DNA of 54,199 bases, from positions 1 to 54,199 of the forward strand of contig JBFIML010000029.1 of NCBI GenBank assembly GCA_041611735.1, in the 5' to 3' direction. The notes under the pieces were generated by a model. It was given only the letters and a program-made list of their open reading frames with translations. It was not told the DNA's origin and did not search any database. Every line of letters starts with the position of its first letter. Position 1 is the first letter of the stretch. The DNA comes from Myxococcota bacterium (lineage in GTDB: Bacteria; Myxococcota_A; UBA9160; PR03). Positions 9,724 to 16,994 of the stretch are shown here, in pieces. The translations under genes were made by a program, and so were the position numbers.

Positions 9724-11059
9724 CGCTGGCCTCCGGACGCATGCGCGGCTGCGGGTCCACCAGCAGCGTAGTGGGCCGATACAGGGGCACGAGACGCCCC
9801 ACCGCCTCTACGAGGGCCATGGCGGCGGTGCCGCGGAAGAACGCGAGCGACGGGTAGCGCACCACGAGATCCGCCTCGACGCTACGCACCTCGTGGGGCA
9901 CGTCCCCCACCCCGTCTCCGTCCAGGTCGTAGCCCCGGTACTCGTCGAACCAGTTGCCCTCCCAGTGCACACCTTCGGCGCGGCTGCGCCCCTCGATGCG
10001 CACGGGCCAGCGGTTCGAGGCCAGCTGGTTGCCCTGGAACAGATTGCGCTGCTCGCTGCCGTGCAGCACCACGGCGGCGTCGGAGAACTGGAAGCGGTTG
10101 CCGCGAAACCGGTTGTGGTCGTCCACATAGAGAGGGCACGTGTCCAGGTAGACGCCCACCGTGTTGGCCAGGAAGGCGTTCTCGGAGACGTCCAGATCGC
10201 CGGACTCCTTGCAGCCGAGGCCCACGCCCGCCGCGCCTCCCGACTCGGCGAAGAGGTTTCCCACCATCTCGATGTCCCGACTGTACATCACGAACACGGC
10301 CACCACGTTGCCGATGAAACGCCCGCCCTCCAGCCGGTTGTGGTGGCTGTACATGAAGTGCGTGCCGTAGCGGCCTCCCTCCACCACGTTGCCCACGAAG
10401 CGGTTGCGGGACGAATACCAGACCACCAGATCGCGGCTGTCGCGCAGCAGGTTCTCCTCCACCCGGGAGTCCCGGGTCTCCCACAGGCGGATCCCGTCGC
10501 CGCGCATGCCCAGGGCCTTCTCGGCCTCCCCCAGCACCTCGTTGTGGCGCAGGACGACGCGGTTCGACTTCTCCGCGAGGATGCCGAACAGGGCACGCAC
10601 GACCCGGACCCCCTCCACGCGCACCTCGTCCCCCTCCACCCGCACCGCCGCGTCGAGGCGATCGAAGCGCGCCCCGCTGCCGTCCACGGTGACTCCGAGC
10701 AGGGCCGTGCGCGGCGCCTCCAGGCGCACGCTGGTCCCGACTCCGAGGGAGCGGATCACCGCCTCCCGCGGACCCCACAGGGTGGTCCCGGGACGCAGCT
10801 CGAGCGGCCCCATCCAGACTCCCGGCCCGAGGCACAGGGCGGCGCCGTCGCCCAGGGCGTCGAGCTGGGCCTGGAGCGGCGCGGCCGGGTCGGCCTCCTG
10901 GCAGGCCGGCGGTCGCGGCGGCGGGTCGAAGCGCGGCGGCTCCCGCACCGGAGCGGCGCCCGCCAACAGGAGCGCCGCCGCCAGCAGCCCGGCCCGCCGC
11001 CCGCCGGGAGGCCCCGCCCCGCGCACGGCGGAGCGGGGCCCGAAGCGGCGCGGCGTCAC
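9713..11059 (-). CDS. nosD: Nitrous oxide reductase maturation protein NosD
   Basis: Beta-helix repeats; RGDGIRLW, RYGTHFMYS...FVMYS, GNWFDEYRGYDLDGDGVGDVP. Confidence 0.92.
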   Translation of the reverse strand: MTPRRFGPRSAVRGAGPPGGRRAGLLAAALLLAGAAPVREPPRFDPPPRPPACQEADPAAPLQAQLDALGDGAALCLGPGVWMGPLELRPGTTLWGPREAVIRSLGVGTSVRLEAPRTALLGVTVDGSGARFDRLDAAVRVEGDEVRVEGVRVVRALFGILAEKSNRVVLRHNEVLGEAEKALGMRGDGIRLWETRDSRVEENLLRDSRDLVVWYSSRNRFVGNVVEGGRYGTHFMYSHHNRLEGGRFIGNVVAVFVMYSRDIEMVGNLFAESGGAAGVGLGCKESGDLDVSENAFLANTVGVYLDTCPLYVDDHNRFRGNRFQFSDAAVVLHGSEQRNLFQGNQLASNRWPVRIEGRSRAEGVHWEGNWFDEYRGYDLDGDGVGDVPHEVRSVEADLVVRYPSLAFFRGTAAMALVEAVGRLVPLYRPTTLLVDPQPRMRPEASGAR

Positions 11060-11063
11060 CGCA

Positions 11064-13061
11064 CTAGGGCTCCACGATCAGATAGCCGGCCATCTCCAGG
11101 TGGAGCGCCGAGCAGAACTCGGTGCAGTAGAAGGGGAACACGCCGGCCCGGTTGGCGACCAGGCTCGCGTTGGCGTGCTCGCCCGGCTCGAGGCTCAGGT
11201 TCACGTTGTAGGAGCCCACCCCGAAGCCGTGGGTGGCGTCCTTCGCCTGCTCCACGTTGGTGATGTGGAAGTAGACCTTGTCCCCCTTCTTGACCCGCAC
11301 CACGTCCGGTGTGAAGTGGCTGCGCACCGCAGTCATGTACACGTGCACGCCGTCGGAGCGGCGCTCGATGCGCTCCTTCCCGCCTTCCACCGTGTTGGGA
11401 TCCTTGCTCCCGGTGATCGGGTTGTAGCCGACCGGCTGATAGGTCTCGTGGGCCTTGATCTTGTCGGCCTTGATGATCTGGGCATAGTGCGGCTCGCCCA
11501 CCCCGATGGGCATGTCGTACAGGAGCTGCATCTTCTCGCCGGAGACGTCGATCAGCTGGAAGTTCTGCGGCAGCAGCGGCCCCACGTCCGCGAAGCGGTC
11601 GATGGACCACTTGTTGAGGGAGACCAGGTAGCGTCCGTCCGGGCTCACCGTGTCGCCCTCGGCCATGGCGATGTGCCCCACGTTGTAGTGGACCGGGATC
11701 TTCTCCACGAGCTTCAGGTCCTGGAGGGACCACTTCGCCACCTTGGACTCGATGAAGACCGAGGTGTACGCGAAGCCCTTGTCGTCGTACTGGGTGTGGA
11801 GCGGGCCGAGCCCGATCTCCACCTGACCCCGGATCGACTCCTCGAAGGGCAGGATCGGCACGCCGTAGTCATCGGTCCCGGCGAACTTCTTCTGCTCCAT
11901 GAGCTGCTTCATCTTCGCGAAGCTGTAGACGGTGGCGTGCGTGTCCAGCTTGCCGGAGATGACGATGTCCTCGCCGTTCGGTGCCACGTCCACGCCGTGG
12001 GGGCTCTTGGGCTCACCCACGAAGGCCAGCACGCCCTCCTTGGCCGCCACGTCCAGCGGGATCACGCGCATCCCGACGATGGTGCGGGTCTTGCCGTCCG
12101 CCACCAGCTTCTCGGCGCGCTTCCAGTCGATCAGGTGCAGGTAGTCCATGTCGTTCTGGGAGGCGCCGGACTCCAGGGGCGGGTTGCCCTCGGCGATGCC
12201 GCCCCAGGAGCGCTCCGTGTTGAACGAGTTCAGGAACACCCACCCCTCGCTGGGCCCCTTGCCGGCGTCGGCCAGGTCCTGCATGTAGGGCGGCAGCTCG
12301 ATCGCCCAGGACTGCTCGGGCACGATGCGCCCCTTGGCGCGGTCGAACTTCCAGAAGATCACAGCCCCGCGGTACTTCTCCGCGTACTGCTCGATGGGCG
12401 CATAACCGCCCCCGAGCGGGGCGGGATACTGGGCGCCCTCGATCACGTACTCGGTGTTCGGCGTGACGAAGGTGGAGCCGTGGTCGTTCAGGATGAGCGG
12501 GGTGCGCACGATCTGGACCGTGGCGAAGTCCTTGAGGCTCACCACGGCGATGCGCGCATTGGCCTTGTCGTTGATGAACAGGAACTCGCCGTCGTAGTCC
12601 CCCCGCGTCTCGCTCAGGGCCGGGTGATGGGTGTCGCCCCAGGTGAGACCTTGCCCGTCGTGGTCGCCGGCCGCCAGCAGCTGCGTGGTCTCGTCCCCGT
12701 ACGCGTAGCCCTGCCAGGGCTCCGGCGTGAAGACGCCGATCATCTTGAGCAGGCGCATGCTCGGAATGCCGATCACGAGGGCCTGCCCGGAGTGGCCGCC
12801 GGACGAGAACATGTAGTACTCGTCCCGGGCCCCGGTGGGCACGTAGGTCTTGACCGCCGCCACCACGTCGGCCTCCTTCAGGCCGCGGGCCTGCATGAGC
12901 GCCGCCAGGGACCCGTTGGTGGCGGCCGCGGACGCTGCGGGGGCGGCCGGCGCCTCCGCTCGCTCCTGCCCGGCCTCTCCGCAGGCGAAGAAGCCCACGG
13001 CGATCCCGACCAGCGCGACGGCGAGAGCGCTCGCCCTGCCTTCCCAGTGCACTCCGAACAT
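11064..13061 (-). CDS. nosZ: Clade II (Sec-dependent) nitrous oxide reductase
   Basis: ATG 13061 after AAGGAG. Signal peptide lacks a twin-Arg motif and ends FFAC. SGGHSGQ, WGDTHHP, NDHG, SPHG, GPLH, EPH (CuZ His ligands); FYCTEFCSALHLEM (CuA). Confidence 0.97.
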   Translation of the reverse strand: MFGVHWEGRASALAVALVGIAVGFFACGEAGQERAEAPAAPAASAAATNGSLAALMQARGLKEADVVAAVKTYVPTGARDEYYMFSSGGHSGQALVIGIPSMRLLKMIGVFTPEPWQGYAYGDETTQLLAAGDHDGQGLTWGDTHHPALSETRGDYDGEFLFINDKANARIAVVSLKDFATVQIVRTPLILNDHGSTFVTPNTEYVIEGAQYPAPLGGGYAPIEQYAEKYRGAVIFWKFDRAKGRIVPEQSWAIELPPYMQDLADAGKGPSEGWVFLNSFNTERSWGGIAEGNPPLESGASQNDMDYLHLIDWKRAEKLVADGKTRTIVGMRVIPLDVAAKEGVLAFVGEPKSPHGVDVAPNGEDIVISGKLDTHATVYSFAKMKQLMEQKKFAGTDDYGVPILPFEESIRGQVEIGLGPLHTQYDDKGFAYTSVFIESKVAKWSLQDLKLVEKIPVHYNVGHIAMAEGDTVSPDGRYLVSLNKWSIDRFADVGPLLPQNFQLIDVSGEKMQLLYDMPIGVGEPHYAQIIKADKIKAHETYQPVGYNPITGSKDPNTVEGGKERIERRSDGVHVYMTAVRSHFTPDVVRVKKGDKVYFHITNVEQAKDATHGFGVGSYNVNLSLEPGEHANASLVANRAGVFPFYCTEFCSALHLEMAGYLIVEP

Positions 13062-13105
13062 CGCTTTCTCCTTCGCTTCGGCTCGCCCCCCGGCGAGCCG
13101 GTGGA

Positions 13106-13543
13106 TCATTCGCGCAGGCTGCGGACGTGCGCGACGAGCCCCGCCAGCGCCGGGGGCTGGTTGGCCAGGTCCGGGTGGGCGGGCATGATCGGGCTCAGCC
13201 CCACGGCGGCTCCGCCGTAGGAGATCACCCGCACGATGTGCTCGTCGCTCACGGACTCCTGCCAGGCCGCCTGCCGGAAGTTGCGCGGCTTGGGAACCAG
13301 GGCCGCGGCGCCGGCCCCATCGCCGGCGCCCTCGGCGCCGTGGCACGTCGCGCAGCGCGAGGCGAACAGCTGGGCCGCCTCGGTGGGCGGGATGGAGGCG
13401 GTCTCCTGGGCGGCAGGCTCCGCGGCGGGCGCCGCCTGGGGCGCGCTCGCGCCGGCAGTCGGCTCGCTCTCGCCGCCCCCGCAGGCCCACAGGGCCACGG
13501 CGAGCAGCGTGGCGAGGACAAAGCCCCGGCGAAGGTCGGTCAT
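13106..13543 (-). CDS. Monoheme cytochrome c, probable lipoprotein
   Basis: LWAC lipobox, Ala/Pro-rich linker, CATCH, PRNF, distal MP. Confidence 0.88.
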   Translation of the reverse strand: MTDLRRGFVLATLLAVALWACGGGESEPTAGASAPQAAPAAEPAAQETASIPPTEAAQLFASRCATCHGAEGAGDGAGAAALVPKPRNFRQAAWQESVSDEHIVRVISYGGAAVGLSPIMPAHPDLANQPPALAGLVAHVRSLRE

Positions 13544-13574
13544 GAGTCCCCCCCAGGTAATCGACCCGGGCTAG

Positions 13575-13590
13575 AGCAACTCCCGTGCCC
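13575..13590 (-). promoter_or_regulatory. sigma54 -24/-12 promoter for the cyt c-nos operon
   Basis: Minus strand GGGCACGGGAGTTGCT, ~32 nt upstream of ATG 13543. Confidence 0.75.
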
Positions 13591-13726
13591 GCGGATGTCC
13601 GGTGTGGGCGGGACTCCGTGGGTGAAGATCGGCGCGTAACTCGAAGGGAAACGGCCCGCAGGTCCTTCTCCGAGGCGGGGGCGGGCCGCATTGTACGGGA
13701 CTTTTCGCCGCATGTTGCCCTCGATC

Positions 13727-13743
13727 GGGGACACTCTGCCCCA
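13727..13743. promoter_or_regulatory. Candidate enhancer (UAS) palindrome
   Basis: GGGGACA-CTC-TGCCCCA, ~140 nt upstream of the nos sigma54 promoter; weaker copy at 13696-13712. Confidence 0.45.
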
Positions 13744-13747
13744 ACGA

Positions 13748-15169
13748 TCACACCGTCCTGCTGAAGCGCGCGGCCCCGGAGCGCTGCTGCTCCGGCAGGT
13801 AGGCATCGAAGAGCGCCGCCACGTTGCGCAGCAGGAGGCGCCCCAGCGGGGTGACCTGGAAGCCGCCGTCCGGCTCGCACAGGACGAGACCGTCCGCCTC
13901 GAGCGGAGCCAGCCGCGCCAGCTCCGGAGCGTGACGCTCGCGCAGCGTGGCCCCGAAGCGACGCCGGTACTCGGCGCCGTCCACCGCTCCGTGACACAGG
14001 AGGCGGGCGATGATCCAGCCCCGCGCCCGGTCTTCCGCCGACAGGCGATGGCCCCGCCAGGTGGCCAGCCGGCCCGCGCCCGCCTCCCGCTGCCAGGTTC
14101 CGAGATCGCGCTGCGACTGGGCGTAGCCCGTGCGCAGCTCGCTGATGGCGCTCGGCCCGAAGCCGAGCAGCTCCACGCCCGCCTGGGTCGTGTAGCCCAT
14201 GAAGTTCCGGCGCAGGGTCCCCGCTCCAAGAGCCCGGGTCAGCTCGTCTTCGCGGCGAGCAAAATGGTCCATCCCGATCGGCACCCAGCCCGCCTCCACC
14301 AGCCGCCGCAGCGCCAGCAGCTGGAGCCGCAGCCGAGCCGCCGGGTCGGGCAGGTCCTGGCGCTCGAAGCCCCGCTGCTGCTTGGCCACCCAGGTGACGT
14401 GGGCGTATCCGTAGACGGCGAGCCGGTCCGGCGCCAGGGCCACCACCGTGTCCAAAGTGTTCGTAAAGGACGCCAGGGTCTGGAAGGGAAGCCCGTAGAT
14501 CAGATCGAGATTCACGCTGGCGAAACCCGCCCGCCGCGCGGCGTCCACGAGCCTCGCGGTCTGCTCCGCGGGCTGCAGGCGGTGGATCGCCGCCTGCACG
14601 CGCGGGTCGAAGTCCTGCACGCCGAGGGAGATGCGGTCGAAGCCGCATTCCCGCAGCGCCTCCACGTGGGCCTGGGTGGTGACGCGGGGATCCACCTCGA
14701 TGGAGACCTCGGCGCCGGGCGCCAGCGGGAAGGCGTCGGTCACGGCCCGGAACAGCCGCCGGACCGCGTCGGGCGCCAGGTGCGTCGGCGTCCCTCCGCC
14801 CCAGTGGAGCTGGCTGGCCGCCGGCGCCCGGGGCATGGCGCTGCGCAGCGTCGCGATCTCGCGTTCGATGGTGTCCAGGTAGCGGGCCGGCCGTTCCGGG
14901 TCGCGGGTGACGACGCGGTTGCAGGCGCAGAAGTGGCAGAGGCTGCGGCAGAACGGCACGTGCACGTACAGGGAGAGGCCCTCGTCCGGAGCACCCCCCG
15001 CCCGGGCCAGGTCCTCTTGGAAGGCTTCCGGGCCGTAGCTCTCGCTCCAGACCGGGACGGTCGGGTAGCTGGTGTAGCGGGGCGCGGTCGTCACGTAGCC
15101 CGGCAGCAGCGCCTCGGCGCGCGCCAGGTCGATGGCGGTCGGATCGGGCAGCGGAACCACGGCGCTCAA
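13748..15169 (-). CDS. hemN: Oxygen-independent coproporphyrinogen III oxidase (radical SAM)
   Basis: PRYTSYP, YVHVPFCRSLCHFCAC (CxxxCxxC), HWGGGTP, IGMDHFA, LRRNFMGY. Start approximate (TTG 15169 or GTG 15160). Confidence 0.92.
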   Translation of the reverse strand: MSAVVPLPDPTAIDLARAEALLPGYVTTAPRYTSYPTVPVWSESYGPEAFQEDLARAGGAPDEGLSLYVHVPFCRSLCHFCACNRVVTRDPERPARYLDTIEREIATLRSAMPRAPAASQLHWGGGTPTHLAPDAVRRLFRAVTDAFPLAPGAEVSIEVDPRVTTQAHVEALRECGFDRISLGVQDFDPRVQAAIHRLQPAEQTARLVDAARRAGFASVNLDLIYGLPFQTLASFTNTLDTVVALAPDRLAVYGYAHVTWVAKQQRGFERQDLPDPAARLRLQLLALRRLVEAGWVPIGMDHFARREDELTRALGAGTLRRNFMGYTTQAGVELLGFGPSAISELRTGYAQSQRDLGTWQREAGAGRLATWRGHRLSAEDRARGWIIARLLCHGAVDGAEYRRRFGATLRERHAPELARLAPLEADGLVLCEPDGGFQVTPLGRLLLRNVAALFDAYLPEQQRSGAARFSRTV

Positions 15170-15344
15170 TACTCGCACTCCGCCCGGAGTTCGCCCGCCG
15201 CCCCGCGCAGCCTGGCTCGCCAACCCGGTGCCGGCCCAGGCCGCCCGGGGGCCCGCCCGGGGCGGCGCCGGAGCCTGCCTCCGCCGGCGCATCGACCTGC
15301 CGGCTGGCCCCGCCTGTGGGCCGGGAGGGGTCGCAGCGCGGATC

Positions 15345-16244
15345 TCAAGCGGGAGCGGGAAGCTCGAGCTCCAAGCCGATGCGCTCGAGACGGCGCCGCC
15401 ACTCGCCGAGCACCGCGTCGGCGAGGCGCCGTTCGAGCTCCTCGGGCTCGAGATCTTCCATCCGCTGGCCGCACCAGAGCGGCCGGGTGCGCAGGTCGGC
15501 CCCACCGCGACGCGCCAGCTCCTGGCGCAGGCGAGCCCGCTCGGCGCCCCGGGGCACGTGACGGAAGGCGTGCGCGAAGGTGTCGAGCATGGCGCCACTC
15601 AGCTCGCGCTGCATGCTCTCGAACTCCGCGCGCACTCCCCGCTCCTGGCGCAGGAGCGCCTTCACCCGCTGCTCGCCAAAGCGGGTGTGTCGCCCCTCGT
15701 CCGCCAGCACCCCGGCGAGAGTCCGGGCGAACTTCGGGTTGATCCCCTCGTTGGCCACGTGGAGCAGCTCGAGGACGTGGCCGGCCAGACCCTCCAGGAA
15801 CACGTTCTGGCCCAGCAGGCAGCCCAGGAAGTCGCGCTGCTCGAGCTTCTCGAGCAGCACCCCCGTGAGCCTCCGGAGGTGCGGATTCGCCCGCTCCTCG
15901 ATGACTGGATCCAGCTGCGTGCGCGCGACGCCCAGGTCCACCAGACGGCTGCGGAACACCTCCAGGTGGCGCGCCTCGTCCAGGGCCTGGGCGGCCAGGA
16001 AGCAGCGCGTGGCGTCGTCCGGGGCCAGGCCCACCAGCCCGGAGGCGGTCACCAGGGCGGCGCGCTCGAAGATCGCCAGCTGTACGGTCGTATCGATGGC
16101 CCCCTCGCGCAGGGCCTCGTTCTCGAGCAGCGCCCTCGGCTCCGCCTCCCCGGGCAGGTGGCCGTGCTCCGTGCCCAGCAGGTAGCCCTGGGCAGCGCTC
16201 TCGAGCCAGCTCTGCACCGTGTAGCCGAAGGCCAGGTCCGTCAA
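15345..16244 (-). CDS. Ferritin-like diiron-carboxylate protein
   Basis: E(FERAA)...DEARH and E(LEGLA)...DEGRH, two ExxH pairs. TTG 16244 chosen because it follows the sigma54 promoter. Confidence 0.78.
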   Translation of the reverse strand: MTDLAFGYTVQSWLESAAQGYLLGTEHGHLPGEAEPRALLENEALREGAIDTTVQLAIFERAALVTASGLVGLAPDDATRCFLAAQALDEARHLEVFRSRLVDLGVARTQLDPVIEERANPHLRRLTGVLLEKLEQRDFLGCLLGQNVFLEGLAGHVLELLHVANEGINPKFARTLAGVLADEGRHTRFGEQRVKALLRQERGVRAEFESMQRELSGAMLDTFAHAFRHVPRGAERARLRQELARRGGADLRTRPLWCGQRMEDLEPEELERRLADAVLGEWRRRLERIGLELELPAPA

Positions 16245-16276
16245 GCGGCGCCCCCGCAGTCCCTCGTGCCGCCTCT

Positions 16277-16292
16277 CGCAAGCGGCGTGCCC
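16277..16292 (-). promoter_or_regulatory. sigma54 -24/-12 promoter for the ferritin-like gene (and possibly hemN)
   Basis: Minus strand GGGCACGCCGCTTGCG. Confidence 0.72.
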
Positions 16293-16489
16293 AAGGCGGG
16301 AAGCCCTCTTCGTGCCCGCCACGGGAGGCGTGTCCCGGAGCGCCGCACCCGCTGTGCAACCCTGCCTCACGCCGCGGGTGGCGACCCCGCCGGGCCTCGG
16401 CCACCTTAGGAGTCTGACCCGGGACTGGCGTGGGAGGGTCGGGCTCCTGGCTGGCGCCGGCGCCCGAGCTGTGGGCGAGGAGGGCGTGC

Positions 16490-16978
16490 ATGACCTGGAC
16501 CGCCCGCGACCTGATGCACGGCGCCGTCCACACCGTGGACCCGGACATGAGCCTGGCCGACCTGGAGCGCAGCTTCCTGCGCACCGGCGTGTCGGGCTTC
16601 CCGGTGGTGGAGGATGGCCGCCTGGTGGGCATCGTCTCCCGCTCCGACGTGGTGCGCCAGCTCTCGGTGGAGCGCAGCCAGGCCGAGACGATCTCGGACT
16701 ACTATCGCGAAGCCACCGGCATCGAGGACGCGGAAGCCAGCCTCGAGGACATCGCCGAGCGCGTGGGGGCGCGCCTCGAGCGGCTGCGCGTGGCGGACCT
16801 CATGATCCGCCGCCTCATCACCGTCTCTCCCGAGCAGCCCCTGGGCGAGGTGGCTCGCATCCTGCTCGAGCATCGCATCCACCGTCTCCCGGTCACCGAG
16901 GCAGGGCGGTTGGTGGGCATCGTGAGCAGCCTGGACCTGGTGCGGTTGTTCGCAGAGGATCGGGTCAAGCCCGCCTGA
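16490..16978 (+). CDS. CBS-pair protein
   Basis: SGFPVV, GIVSRSD, IHRLPV, GIVSSLD; GAGGAGG RBS. Confidence 0.88.
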   Translation: MTWTARDLMHGAVHTVDPDMSLADLERSFLRTGVSGFPVVEDGRLVGIVSRSDVVRQLSVERSQAETISDYYREATGIEDAEASLEDIAERVGARLERLRVADLMIRRLITVSPEQPLGEVARILLEHRIHRLPVTEAGRLVGIVSSLDLVRLFAEDRVKPA

Positions 16979-16994
16979 GAGGGGGACCGGAGCG

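Noticed and set aside
11064-14648. 1194-aa ORF suggesting a giant NosZ fusion
   Set aside because: The upstream ~530 codons are a low-complexity off-frame read through hemN and the cytochrome gene. NosZ has its own RBS, ATG (13061) and signal peptide.
15170-15344. GC-rich repeats/hairpins between the ferritin-like gene and hemN as an ncRNA or riboswitch
   Set aside because: No recognisable motif or U-tract; such pairing is expected by chance at this GC content.
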